This document shows, piece after piece, positions 26,056-35,425 of a DNA stretch of 49,044 nt. The position numbers and the translations under genes were made by a program. The stretch lies in IMG/VR virus record IMGVR_UViG_3300014656_000040, positions 1 to 49,044 of that record; one strand, 5' to 3'. The DNA comes from a virus (lineage: Duplodnaviria > Caudoviricetes). The notes under the pieces are model-generated. The model was not told where the DNA came from. It searched no databases and was given only the letters and a program-made list of their open reading frames with translations. The stretch's first letter is position 1. Each line of letters opens with the position of its first letter.

Positions 26056-28104
26056 ATGCCGAGCGCCCTTGAGACACGCCTTTCGCAGCTCGGCCTCACG
26101 GTCAACGACCAGCTCATGGACCGGGCCTTGCGGCATAGCGTGTTTCTGAAGCGGCTCCAGACCTACGAGGCAAATCGGGTCGCGAACTACATCGACCAGT
26201 ACGTCATGCCGGATCTTCTCGGCCAGCTTGCGCGGCGCCTGGAGGGCATCAAGACGCGCGGCTTTGACCTTGGCCCGGCGACCACGAAACGGCTGAAGAC
26301 ACTGACTGCGGAGATGGGAACAACGATTACCGAGGGGTTCCGCAAGGTCCGCGACGAGTTTGGGCAGGGGATGTACGACCTGGCCAAAAGCGAGGCCGCG
26401 CGCGAGACCAACGCACTCACACGGGCTGTATCGCCGTTGAAGAACATCGCCCCGACGCTGATCGAGACCGTGGTGCCGTCTGCCGGGCTGATGCGTGAGG
26501 TCGTCTACCGACGGCCGTTTCAGGGCCGGCTGTTGAAGGATTGGTTTGCCGGCATCGGGGAGGGCATGCATCGATCAGTCCAGGATCAGCTCCGTATCGG
26601 CCTGATTGAGGGCGAGAGTACGGGCGCGATCATGGCTCGGATCAGGGGGACCGGCGCAATCCCAGGAGTAGGGCGCGCGGCAAAGCGCCAGGCGCTGACG
26701 GTGGCCAGGACGGCCATTACCCACGTTACGACGCAGGCGCGGGAAGCGACGTATCAGGAAAATGCGCACTTGATGAACGGGGTGCAGTGGGTCTCGGTAC
26801 TAGACGCGAAAACCACTGATTACTGTTTCGACGGGTCGTCGCTGGTTGTATCTCTCGGCGCTCCTCTACGTGTCTTCCGCCGGAGCTATCAGGGTGATAT
26901 GGCGATCATCCGAACAGCCAGCGGCAAGGAGTTGCGAGCCACGCCAAACCACCCGGTACTCACGGCGCGCGGTTGGCTTCCGGCGCATGAACTCAAGCCA
27001 GTCCACGACGTGCTCTATGCCTTCTCTGGCGAGGGACTTTGCGTCCCATGTCGCAAGTACGTAGGTGCTCCACCCACATTCTCCGAGGTCGCGGATGCGG
27101 CGCTTGATCCATCCCGATCGAACGTATTTGCGAAAAGTACCTCGGCAGCAGATTTCCACGGCGACGGAGCAGGAACGAATGGCGATATCAGCGTTGCTAC
27201 GCTTCACGGCGATCTGATGCGAGACATCGAATCCCGCATCTTTGAGAGCGCTGGCGATGAAGTTCTCGGTCGGCTGTATGCCGGCTCCGTTGGCCTCGAT
27301 GGTCTTGGCGCGACGCTCAACCATCTCGGGCTTCAGCCTGGTTCCTGGAAGATGGCCCCTGAGTTGAACTCCAGCTTCGTTCAGGATGCCGTACACGACT
27401 GCCTTACTTCTGCCAACAGAACGGCCAACGGCATCGGGCTGCATACCGCCATTGAACATCTCGACGATACGGCATCGCTCGACATCGGGAACGCGAAGCT
27501 CTTGACCTCTGGCGTGATGTTCCATGAGCCCGTGCCGCTTGAGGTAGGTGGTCACGGTCGTTGTAGTTGCTCCGTAGTCCCGTGCCAGCGATGCGGCGCT
27601 CTCGCCGTCACGGTATCGACGGATCAGATCCGGTCCGTGCGCGTCAAGACGAACTATTCTGGCCATGTCTTCAATCTCCAAACGGAAACCGGATCATACC
27701 TTATTTCTGGATGCTTAGTCCATAACTGCTATACACTTGATGGCCAAGTATTCCCGATAGGCGAAGGCCCTCGCCCCCCTGGCCATTTATCGTGCCGATC
27801 GACCACAGCTCCATCCGTCAAGTCACTGTACGAACTCGGCCTCACCAAGGCGGAATACAAGGCTACTGATCCGGGAATGCGCGCCGCTTTCGGGTCAACA
27901 GGACCGGCTTCTGTGCCCATCAATATCACTGGGGAGCAGTTCCTCCGCCGGCAGTCGAAGGAGTTCCAGGCCGAGGTACTGGGTAAGGGCCGCGCGGAGC
28001 TGTTCCGGCGGGGTAAGGTATCGTTCTCGAAGTTCGTCGATCACCGCGGTCGGCCCATGTCGCTGCGCGAGTTGGAGAAGATCGAATCTCGTCTTGGTGA
28101 TTGA
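26056..28104 (+). CDS. Head morphogenesis protein (Mu gpF/SPP1 gp7 family) interrupted by an intein
   Basis: ARTAITH...QWVSVLDAKTT[intein]C.TLDGQVF....GPRPPGHLSCRST. Confidence 0.88.
   Translation: MPSALETRLSQLGLTVNDQLMDRALRHSVFLKRLQTYEANRVANYIDQYVMPDLLGQLARRLEGIKTRGFDLGPATTKRLKTLTAEMGTTITEGFRKVRDEFGQGMYDLAKSEAARETNALTRAVSPLKNIAPTLIETVVPSAGLMREVVYRRPFQGRLLKDWFAGIGEGMHRSVQDQLRIGLIEGESTGAIMARIRGTGAIPGVGRAAKRQALTVARTAITHVTTQAREATYQENAHLMNGVQWVSVLDAKTTDYCFDGSSLVVSLGAPLRVFRRSYQGDMAIIRTASGKELRATPNHPVLTARGWLPAHELKPVHDVLYAFSGEGLCVPCRKYVGAPPTFSEVADAALDPSRSNVFAKSTSAADFHGDGAGTNGDISVATLHGDLMRDIESRIFESAGDEVLGRLYAGSVGLDGLGATLNHLGLQPGSWKMAPELNSSFVQDAVHDCLTSANRTANGIGLHTAIEHLDDTASLDIGNAKLLTSGVMFHEPVPLEVGGHGRCSCSVVPCQRCGALAVTVSTDQIRSVRVKTNYSGHVFNLQTETGSYLISGCLVHNCYTLDGQVFPIGEGPRPPGHLSCRSTTAPSVKSLYELGLTKAEYKATDPGMRAAFGSTGPASVPINITGEQFLRRQSKEFQAEVLGKGRAELFRRGKVSFSKFVDHRGRPMSLRELEKIESRLGD
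26824..27726 (+). mobile_element. Intein (301 aa, Cys1...His-Asn/Cys+1)
   Basis: Block A CFDGSSLV, block B LRATPNHPVLTARGW, block F VFNLQT, block G LVHN|C. Confidence 0.9.
26866..27666 (-). CDS. HTH + Vsr/DUF559-like putative homing endonuclease, antisense to the intein
   Basis: Two HTH-like repeats (IRRYRDGESAASLARDYG..TTVTTYLKRHG; IVEMFNGGM....VGRSVG....VYGILNEAG), then PTENFIASALKDAG...Q......ADIAI....VAVE. GGAG upstream of ATG 27666. Confidence 0.75.
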   Translation of the reverse strand: MARIVRLDAHGPDLIRRYRDGESAASLARDYGATTTTVTTYLKRHGLMEHHARGQELRVPDVERCRIVEMFNGGMQPDAVGRSVGRSKAVVYGILNEAGVQLRGHLPGTRLKPEMVERRAKTIEANGAGIQPTENFIASALKDAGFDVSHQIAVKRSNADIAIRSCSVAVEICCRGTFRKYVRSGWIKRRIRDLGECGWSTYVLATWDAKSLAREGIEHVVDWLEFMRRKPTARREYRVVWRGSQLLAAGCSDDRHITLIAPAEDT

Positions 28105-28132
28105 TCCATAGGCGCGAATTCTTAGATTTTCC

Positions 28133-28162
28133 TTGCGCCGTACATCAAATGACACCTACCGT
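28133..28162 (+). promoter_or_regulatory. Putative promoter TTGCGC-N18-TACCGT upstream of scaffold
   Basis: Intergenic, with the same spacing as the other two late candidates. Confidence 0.4.
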
Positions 28163-28203
28163 ACATCCGTTGACCACGCTTGATTGGCGCGGTTGACCGG
28201 CGC

Positions 28204-28286
28204 GGCGGGACGCCACGTTGCCTCAGCGGGCAGGCGGGATGCCACCCACTCGGATCGTATCGGGTGCTTTGCGGGCGGGATGCCCG
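28204..28286 (+). repeat. Three GGCGGGAYGCC mini-hairpin motifs in the scaffold leader
   Basis: Copies at 28204, 28233 and 28274. Confidence 0.7.
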
Positions 28287-28301
28287 GAAAGGTGACATCA
28301 C

Positions 28302-29087
28302 ATGGTGCTCGCGCGTGTGGAATCGTTGGAGGGCCTGCCAGAGGCCATTGCAAAAGAGTACGAGGAGATCACGGAGGGCGACCACAAGGGCAAATACCAG
28401 CTCAAGGTCGACCCAGTTGATGGACTCGCACTCGAGGACGTTTCGAGGCTCAAGGCCGCTCTCTCGAAGGAGCGGACGGATCACGCGGCGAAGGCCCGGG
28501 AACTCCAGGAGCTGAAGACGAGTTTTGACGGCATCGAGGACCCGAAGGCAGCGCGGGAGGCGCTGGAGAAGGTCGCCAAGGGACTGAAGGACAAACCGGA
28601 TGTCCAGGGGCAAATCGATGCTGCAAAGCGGCAACTCAACGAGAAGCACGAACAGGCGATCAAGGCCAAGGAGGCGAGGGAATCGCATCTGAGGACCGAG
28701 ATTGACCGCCTGTTGATCGACGCCACTGCGGCTGTTGCGATTGCGGAGGAGAAGGGCAACGCCGAGTTGCTGCTTCCGCATGTACAGAAAGCCTGCTACG
28801 TCGAGGAGATCGAGGTTGACGGCAAGTCGACCTTCGTGGCCCGCGTCAAAGGTGACGGGGGACCGCGGATCTCCAGCAAGACTGGCAGCACCGACCCGAT
28901 GGGAGTTCGAGAGCTGGTGAGCACTGACCTGAAGCACAAGTTCCCGTCGGCATTCGGCGGTAGCGGCGCATCGGGCGGTGGCGGCTCCGGCCAGGATCGC
29001 GGTGGTGACGGTCGCAGGGCGCCCGTTGACACCTCGAAGATGAGTCCCGCGCAGCGCCTCCAGTGGGCGCGTGAGCAGGCCAACTAG
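28302..29087 (+). CDS. Capsid scaffolding protein
   Basis: Coiled coil (LKAALSKER), Gly-rich C-terminus, directly before the major capsid gene. Confidence 0.8.
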   Translation: MVLARVESLEGLPEAIAKEYEEITEGDHKGKYQLKVDPVDGLALEDVSRLKAALSKERTDHAAKARELQELKTSFDGIEDPKAAREALEKVAKGLKDKPDVQGQIDAAKRQLNEKHEQAIKAKEARESHLRTEIDRLLIDATAAVAIAEEKGNAELLLPHVQKACYVEEIEVDGKSTFVARVKGDGGPRISSKTGSTDPMGVRELVSTDLKHKFPSAFGGSGASGGGGSGQDRGGDGRRAPVDTSKMSPAQRLQWAREQAN

Positions 29088-29155
29088 CCGGAGCATAGCC
29101 AGGGCTCGAGACTGCGTCGTTACTGACTGGTCGCTGACGATCAGGAGGCAACGAT

Positions 29156-30094
29156 ATGGCTCTCACTCTCCTCGAAGCCGCGAAGGCAATGACGGGGGAC
29201 GTTTACCGGCAACAGGTGGTGGAGATCTTCGCTACCTCGCATCCTCTCCTTGAGGCGCTGCCGTTCGAGACAATCCCCGGCAATGCGATCTCTTTCAACC
29301 GCGAGGGTACCCTGCCCACCACTGCGTTCCGCGCGGTGAACGCGGCCTACACTGCCAGCACGGGCATCCTCGAGCCGGTGGTCGAAAAGCTCTTCATCTC
29401 CGGTGGCGATCTCGACGTCGACTCGCACATCATCCGCACGATGGGTGAGCAGCGCCGATCCAGCCAGGAGGCAATGAAGATCAAGGCGCTGGCCCACAAC
29501 TGGGCGCACAAGGTCATCAAGGGCAACAACCAGACCACGCCGGCGGAGTTCGATGGGCTCCAGGCGAGGTGCATTGGCACCCAGCTCGTGAATTGCCATC
29601 ACACCGACACGACTGATGGTGGCGACGAACTGACTCTGGTGCAGTTGGATGCGATGATTGACCAGGTCGTAGGACCGACGCATCTCCTGATGAGCCGCGC
29701 CATGAAGCGCAAGTTCATCGTGGCGGCGCGGACGAGCACGGTCGGAGGAAACATCCTCCACCAGCTCGACAACTTTGGCGTTCCGATCACCTCCTACAAC
29801 GGCCTGCCCATCATCACGATGGACGACCCGAACATGGCGAACGCGACCCTCGCTTTCGATGAGGCCGGGCCTGGCGGAACGACTGCCACGGCGACGTCGA
29901 TCTACTGCGTGGCGCTGCGCGAGGAGATGCTGACCGGCATCCAGGGCGGTGACCCGATCGTGACGGATCTCGGCGAACTCCAGACGCAGCCGCAGAAGCG
30001 AACCCGTGTGGAGTGGGACGCTGGCATCAGCCAGTGGAACATCTACTCCGCGGCCCGTTGCTACGGCATCAAGAACGAGGCCATTGCGGCCTAA
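29156..30094 (+). CDS. Major capsid protein
   Basis: MALTLLEAAK...LPF..I.GNA..FNRE.TLP...FRAVN...GGDLDVD...EFDGL is a recognisable MCP family. Confidence 0.88.
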   Translation: MALTLLEAAKAMTGDVYRQQVVEIFATSHPLLEALPFETIPGNAISFNREGTLPTTAFRAVNAAYTASTGILEPVVEKLFISGGDLDVDSHIIRTMGEQRRSSQEAMKIKALAHNWAHKVIKGNNQTTPAEFDGLQARCIGTQLVNCHHTDTTDGGDELTLVQLDAMIDQVVGPTHLLMSRAMKRKFIVAARTSTVGGNILHQLDNFGVPITSYNGLPIITMDDPNMANATLAFDEAGPGGTTATATSIYCVALREEMLTGIQGGDPIVTDLGELQTQPQKRTRVEWDAGISQWNIYSAARCYGIKNEAIAA

Positions 30095-30144
30095 GCCCTG
30101 GGCTTGACCTGAATCGAAACAAAGAGCACGAAAGGAAATAGCTC

Positions 30145-30582
30145 ATGGGAACCATTCGAGAAAACGCATACGTACAGGACTCCGGGCTGGTCCTCAAGGC
30201 GGCGGGGCTGATTGCGGCGAGTGCTGCGGTCGCCACCGTTCTGGACCTTGGAGACCACCCCGCTCGCGGTGACGTGGTCGTTGACGTGACGGCGCTTGAG
30301 ATCGCCAGCAACGACGAAATCTACGACATCGTGGTCCAAGGATCGACGGTCGCTGCGTTCGCGACTGACACGGCGATCCGTGACCTGGCGTCGATTACGC
30401 TTTGTGCCGCCGAGGTACAGCGAACCGACTCCAACATGGATTCGACCACGGGTCGGTATGTGATCCCGTTCACGAACACGGCTGACGGCACTGTGTACCG
30501 GTACATCCGGCTCTACACGGTGGTCGCCGGCACGATCGCAACGGGCATCAACTACAGCGCCTTCTTGTCGATTGAGAAGTAG
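30145..30582 (+). CDS. Putative capsid decoration/cement protein
   Basis: Beta-rich, VYRYIRLYTVVAG, follows the MCP. Confidence 0.6.
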   Translation: MGTIRENAYVQDSGLVLKAAGLIAASAAVATVLDLGDHPARGDVVVDVTALEIASNDEIYDIVVQGSTVAAFATDTAIRDLASITLCAAEVQRTDSNMDSTTGRYVIPFTNTADGTVYRYIRLYTVVAGTIATGINYSAFLSIEK

Positions 30583-30636
30583 GCGAGCGTCACAACACAC
30601 TGGCTCGGAATCGCTGACACCGAAAGGAACTGAGGT

Positions 30637-30918
30637 ATGACGAAGATCATGGAAACCGACGGACAGGGAATGGTGCAAATCTACTGCTTCTGGTCGAAGC
30701 GGTGGGAAAAGCGCAACCCGATCGACGCGGTAGACATCCTCAAGGGCGGTGGTGGGTCCTTGGACGGACCGCCGACCGAGAGCGATGCCTCTGGGTCTTC
30801 GCCTGCCTCAGACGAGCCCAGCGCGGACAAGAGCGGCGCCGCCGATGAGAAGCCGGACGAAGTCAGCGAGCTGTCCGGCAGCTCTGGCGGTGCCACTCAT
30901 CGCCCGCGCAAGAAGTAG
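30637..30918 (+). CDS. Hypothetical protein
   Basis: GAGG RBS, disordered tail. Confidence 0.5.
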   Translation: MTKIMETDGQGMVQIYCFWSKRWEKRNPIDAVDILKGGGGSLDGPPTESDASGSSPASDEPSADKSGAADEKPDEVSELSGSSGGATHRPRKK

Positions 30919-31053
30919 CGGATTCTGACGGGAGGTCGGGCCGGAACAAAAACCCGCGACCCCGCCAGGCGCAGGCAGACACATACGCCCGACCGACCGT
31001 GATACGAGAGACAGCCAGAACCACAACCCCTTGGCGAAAGGGAGTCGAGAACC

Positions 31054-31311
31054 ATGACCAAGAAGACCAAAGACGGACGAGAGATCGTCGAGATGGTAGG
31101 CCCGGGTGGCCGGCGCTGCTTTGACATAGACGACGTTCGGCGGCAGTACCATAAGGGATTCAGGTTCACCGACAAGGCGGACGAGACCGCATACCTGAAG
31201 CAGTGGAGGGACCGCGAGGCGCCGACGCAGACCGCTCCGAAACCAGCACCGCAGGAAATCCAACTCGATCCGGCAAAGGCAGCATCGAAGGCGACTGATT
31301 CGAAGAAGTAG
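31054..31311 (+). CDS. Hypothetical protein
   Basis: GGAG RBS, located in the head-neck region. Confidence 0.5.
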   Translation: MTKKTKDGREIVEMVGPGGRRCFDIDDVRRQYHKGFRFTDKADETAYLKQWRDREAPTQTAPKPAPQEIQLDPAKAASKATDSKK

Positions 31312-31362
31312 CGGCGCATAGAGCGCACACGTACAGGCTGAAGCAGCCAGTGGAGGCGATCC

Positions 31363-31896
31363 GTGGCAGCGACTTTTGAGGCAGAGACAGGATCAGGCTC
31401 GTCCACCGCTAACAGCTACCTCGCCGTAGCCGACGCCGATCAGTATCAGGAGAACCACGGCAACCCTACGGCGTGGACGGCATCCACCGATGCACAGAAG
31501 CAGCACGCGCTCCGTGAGGCGACGCAGTATGCCGACGTCAAGTACGCGCTGCGCTGGAAGGGGTACAAGGCTGGAAACACGCAGGCGCTCGACTGGCCGC
31601 GCATGGACGTGCGGGATAATGACGGGTATCTGCTTGATTCGGATGCGCTCCCTGAATCGCTGAAGGACTTCACAGCCATCATGGCGCTGAAAGTCCGCGA
31701 GGGAGATACCCTGTTCGAGGATTCCGTGCCTGGTGGCACTGCTGGCGGCGGCATCAAGAACGAGCGCGTTAAGGTCGGGTCGATCGAGGAGGAGATCGAG
31801 TACACGGGCGGCAAGGCGTCGCAGAAGCGGTACACACTCGCTGAGCGCGTCATCTCGGAGTTGGTGACAGACAGCAGCACGGCGGTCCGGTCATGA
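31363..31896 (+). CDS. Head-tail adaptor (DnaT-like family)
   Basis: ETGSG...ANSY....ADQY...QALDWPR...KVGSIEEEIEY. Confidence 0.8.
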   Translation: MAATFEAETGSGSSTANSYLAVADADQYQENHGNPTAWTASTDAQKQHALREATQYADVKYALRWKGYKAGNTQALDWPRMDVRDNDGYLLDSDALPESLKDFTAIMALKVREGDTLFEDSVPGGTAGGGIKNERVKVGSIEEEIEYTGGKASQKRYTLAERVISELVTDSSTAVRS

Positions 31897-32303
31897 CGGC
31901 GCTTGCCGACAAGCTCCGGGTGACCGCGCAGCGCCTCGTCAATAAGTTCGGCGTGGTGGTGACGTACAACCTCGACGATGCGACATACGATGCCGACGAG
32001 CAGGACGTAAGCCCTACCGCGGCCACAACGCGGAGGACGGTGAAGATCTCTCCGCCAGAGGATTACGTTGACGAGTACGTGAACTCAGACGGCATCTTAG
32101 GCGAGCGGGAGACATTCCGGAGCACGCTGCCGTATCTCGGGGAACTGATCAATGGCTCGTTTCGAGCGCTGTCGTTCGTGCCGGCCAAGGGTCATTCAAT
32201 CGAGTGGGGAGGGATCGCTCATGAGATCCTACGCAAGAAGACTCTCGGCGGGGATGCCAATCCGATCGCATACGAACTGCTCCTGGCGAAGGGCGGTGGA
32301 TAA
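31893..32303 (+). CDS. Head closure/stopper protein
   Basis: TAQRLVNKFG start and position after the adaptor. Confidence 0.6.
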   Translation: MTALADKLRVTAQRLVNKFGVVVTYNLDDATYDADEQDVSPTAATTRRTVKISPPEDYVDEYVNSDGILGERETFRSTLPYLGELINGSFRALSFVPAKGHSIEWGGIAHEILRKKTLGGDANPIAYELLLAKGGG

Positions 32304-32821
32304 TGACTGTGGAGTTCAAGGGCATGGAGCAGGCTATCAAGGTAATGGAGGACTTTGCAAAGACTCTCGTGCCTCAAGAGATGAAGCTGTTCGGCGACGC
32401 ATTGGCGATGGATCTGGGTCGGCGTATCGTTTTGGGAACTCCAGTGCGTGGTGCGAACACGAAACCAAGCAGGCGCAGAAAAGGAAAGCGCGGGGCTCTC
32501 CAGGAGGGCGGCCGTGCGCGCGGTGGCTGGCAGGGCACTGTCGGGACAGATGGAAGCGGGGAGACCGGCCGCAAGGACAAGGCGGGCAACGCGACGCTAG
32601 CTGCTGGAAATGCACAGATTGCAGGCCGCCCGTTTAACGCCCCATTCACCTGGTACAACAACGTCTCATACATCCTGATCCTTGAAGAGGGCCGGGTCGA
32701 AGGAAAGCCAGCTCGAGGATCTCTTCAAGCTCCGAACGGGATGGTAGGTGTAGCCATTGCGGCCTTGGCGCATGTCAAGGCGTCTGAGATCCTTCAACGC
32801 GAATTTGTGGCGACAATGTAA
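32303..32821 (+). CDS. HK97 gp10-like neck/tail-completion protein
   Basis: TPV...GRARGGW...NNVSYILILEEG...SLQAPNGMV. Confidence 0.8.
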   Translation: MTVEFKGMEQAIKVMEDFAKTLVPQEMKLFGDALAMDLGRRIVLGTPVRGANTKPSRRRKGKRGALQEGGRARGGWQGTVGTDGSGETGRKDKAGNATLAAGNAQIAGRPFNAPFTWYNNVSYILILEEGRVEGKPARGSLQAPNGMVGVAIAALAHVKASEILQREFVATM

Positions 32822-33270
32822 TGGGCTGGCGCGCGTTAAAAAAAGAGATCATCGACTACATCCATGCGCAGCTCACGCAGGGCGGGGACGGTGGTGATCC
32901 GGTCGTGACGCTTGATCCGAATGGGTTCTATCTCGACGAGGATCTTGAGAAAACAACGCGCCCAACATCCGGGGTCTTCCTCGCCTATTACATCAGGATG
33001 GCAAGTGCGCAGCAGGTAGCCACACCTGCTCCGCTTGCTCGCGAGAGGCGCCGCGGTTTGCTGATGTTCATTTGCTATATCGGTCTCCAGAAGGGGACAA
33101 AACGCTCTGATACGCTCGCTGACCGTGTCGCGGATGCGTTCCGTGGCGTAAAGCTCTCAACCACTGAGACGGTTTGGTTCGGAACACCCCTCCTGTCAGA
33201 CGAACGACAGGAGGACGAGCATTGGCGGGTCAACGTTAGCTGTCCGTTCATGTCGGACGCATTCAATTAG
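32821..33270 (+). CDS. Tail terminator
   Basis: G......LADRVADAFRG...W.VNVSCPF, located before the tail tube gene. Confidence 0.65.
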   Translation: MGWRALKKEIIDYIHAQLTQGGDGGDPVVTLDPNGFYLDEDLEKTTRPTSGVFLAYYIRMASAQQVATPAPLARERRRGLLMFICYIGLQKGTKRSDTLADRVADAFRGVKLSTTETVWFGTPLLSDERQEDEHWRVNVSCPFMSDAFN

Positions 33271-33287
33271 GTCAGGAGGTTCTCAAA

Positions 33288-34532
33288 ATGACCACGCAGG
33301 ATACTGTCGCGACTTCAGAACGGATTTCGATCATCTACTACCCCGAGACCGTATTCGGGGTCGCCGACACTGGCACCCCGACATACCAGGCGGTCGAGGC
33401 TGTCAGCGAAGGCCTCAAGCAACAGGCGTCACACCAGAAAAGCCGCACATTGGTTGACGACCGAATGGTGAAGCAGCTTATCCGGTCGGATGTCCAGGCG
33501 GGCGGGCCGACCGAGCACGAGCTGCAGTATGGAGCGTACGACGACTGGTTCGCCGCGGCGTTCATGACGGCATCGTGGGCGGCAGCCGTTTCGGTTACCG
33601 TGGCAGACGCCGTATTGACGGCTGATGCTGGCCCTGGGACAGTGACGATCACGACCACTGCGGGCACCTTCAGCGGCTTTTCCGCGGGATGCTGGGTAAA
33701 GCTGTCCGATTTGACTACAGCGAGCAACAAGACGTTCGCCAAGATCATCACGGTGGCGGCGAAAGTGCTGACGCTGCGATTGGCAAATGCCGACCAGGAC
33801 TTCGCAGCTCCGCTGACAACACAGGCATGCAAGATCGTTCAGGGCGCGCAGATCACGAACGGCACGGCGTTCACCTCGTTCTCGCTCGAGGTCGGGTTTA
33901 CCGATCTGTCCAATGAGATCAAGCAGTTCCTCGGGTCTGCTATCGACAAGATGACGCTGGGCATTGAAACCGAGAGCATTCCCAACCTCTCGTTCGAATG
34001 GCTCGCGAAAAACGAGGACTCGATCACAGCGACGCTCGGTGATGGCACGCCTGACGCAGCTAGCACGAATGATATCCTGAACACGGTGGACCACATCTAT
34101 CGCGTGCTTGAGGGCAAGACCACCGACTTGACAAACCTGGACTGCACGCAGTTTTCCTTTTCGCTGATGAATAACCTGCGCGCGCGCAAGCGGCTCGGTG
34201 TGCTTGGGGCTACGTCGCTCGGTCTGGGTGTTGGGTCGTCTGAAGGGACGCTGCGGCAGCACTACACCACCAAGGCGCTGATGGACAAGAAGATCGACGA
34301 CGTTGAGACCGGCCTGGCCGTGATCCTGAACGATGGCGGTCTGTCCGCATACGGCAACTGCTACGTTCTCGAGCAGCCATCAATCAAGTACACCGACGGC
34401 GCGCGCGTTGCTGGAGGCCAGGACTCCGACATCCTGGCGGACATGAGCTATGAAAGCTTCAAGGACCCGACGGAAGAGATCATCGTGCGCCTTCAGAGGT
34501 GGACGTCCGCCGAGGCAAACGACACTCCATAA
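33288..34532 (+). CDS. Tail tube protein with an inserted domain
   Basis: ETVFGV..TP...SEGL...SFSLEVGFTD...FSFSLMNNL. Confidence 0.8.
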   Translation: MTTQDTVATSERISIIYYPETVFGVADTGTPTYQAVEAVSEGLKQQASHQKSRTLVDDRMVKQLIRSDVQAGGPTEHELQYGAYDDWFAAAFMTASWAAAVSVTVADAVLTADAGPGTVTITTTAGTFSGFSAGCWVKLSDLTTASNKTFAKIITVAAKVLTLRLANADQDFAAPLTTQACKIVQGAQITNGTAFTSFSLEVGFTDLSNEIKQFLGSAIDKMTLGIETESIPNLSFEWLAKNEDSITATLGDGTPDAASTNDILNTVDHIYRVLEGKTTDLTNLDCTQFSFSLMNNLRARKRLGVLGATSLGLGVGSSEGTLRQHYTTKALMDKKIDDVETGLAVILNDGGLSAYGNCYVLEQPSIKYTDGARVAGGQDSDILADMSYESFKDPTEEIIVRLQRWTSAEANDTP

Positions 34533-34594
34533 CCAATGGGGCAAATGCCTCAACAAAACGATGCCTGGCGAGGGCGTCGAGAAAGAGAGCGAGT

Positions 34595-35095
34595 ATGGCG
34601 AGCATGGACGCACTTCGGACAGATCCGAAGAAACGCACAGAGGGCGTGTGGCGGCGATACCACACGGCAGAGGTCGAGGGGGAGAGGAACATTGACATCA
34701 AGTTAGCGTCCATGCGGAACAAGGAGTTTCGGGCGCACGCTGCGCGACTAACGAAGCCGCATTCTCGGCGACTCCAACTCCTAGATCCCGATGCGGCTGA
34801 CCGCGTAGGCGACGATGAATGGCGCGATATCGTCGCCCCCGCTGTCGCCAAGCATGTCGTCAAGGATTGGCGCGGAATCGAGGAGATCGACGAGAAAGGC
34901 GACATCGTCGAGGTGCCTTTCTCGGTGAAGAAGTGTCTCGAGTACCTGCGCGACGACGACATTCCGTTTGCTGACTGGGTGTTTTTGGGAGCGGGTGCAG
35001 ATGATGCGTTTCGCGCCGAACTACTGGAGCAGGCCAAGGGGGAATGCGACGCGCTCTCCGATGGTGGCTCCAATTCGGACGGCGCGAGCAATTAG
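34595..35095 (+). CDS. Tail assembly chaperone (gpG-like)
   Basis: EGVW...KLAS..N..F...VVKDWRGI...VPFS, between tube and tape measure. Start at 34595 or 34604. Confidence 0.75.
   Translation: MASMDALRTDPKKRTEGVWRRYHTAEVEGERNIDIKLASMRNKEFRAHAARLTKPHSRRLQLLDPDAADRVGDDEWRDIVAPAVAKHVVKDWRGIEEIDEKGDIVEVPFSVKKCLEYLRDDDIPFADWVFLGAGADDAFRAELLEQAKGECDALSDGGSNSDGASN
35038..35044 (+). other. -1 programmed frameshift site G-GGG-GAA
   Basis: In-frame AAG GGG GAA. A -1 slip enters the 35044-35421 ORF. Confidence 0.7.
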
Positions 35096-35421
35096 ACCTC
35101 TACGAAAGGAAGCGCGCGCGAGGAGAGCCGACACCGCTCGACTCGATCGCGCTTCCTCCCGAGGGGCTGGAGTGGATCGAAAGAGCATGGCACGAGCTAA
35201 GTCAGTCGCGGCACTCCCAAGAGACCGGCATTCCGATCTCCGAGATTCGCGCATGGCTCGACGAGCGCGGCATAGACGAGTACGACGAGCGCCGATCGGT
35301 GCGCGAACTGGTCATGGCGATGGATGCGGAGTTCCAATCCTGGGCGGCGCAGGAGCGCAAGATCCGCGACCGGCATGCGATGGACAACGCAAAGCGGAGA
35401 GAGCGCCTGAAGAAAAGGTGA
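35044..35421 (+). CDS. gpT-like C-terminal part of the frameshifted chaperone
   Basis: AWHELSQSR....GIPISEIRAW....I...MD. Lies in the -1 frame relative to gpG. Confidence 0.75.
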   Translation: MRRALRWWLQFGRREQLDLYERKRARGEPTPLDSIALPPEGLEWIERAWHELSQSRHSQETGIPISEIRAWLDERGIDEYDERRSVRELVMAMDAEFQSWAAQERKIRDRHAMDNAKRRERLKKR

Positions 35422-35425
35422 TCGC

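Noticed and set aside
30930-31000. Long-range stem GGTCGGGC/GCCCGACC in an intergenic gap
   Set aside because: A single GC-rich stem with no family motif or second copy is not enough to call an ncRNA.
33398-33415. Tail tube AVSEGL resembling the decoded array 1 peptide
   Set aside because: The Ser codon is AGC rather than TCn, and the flanking dinucleotides do not match.
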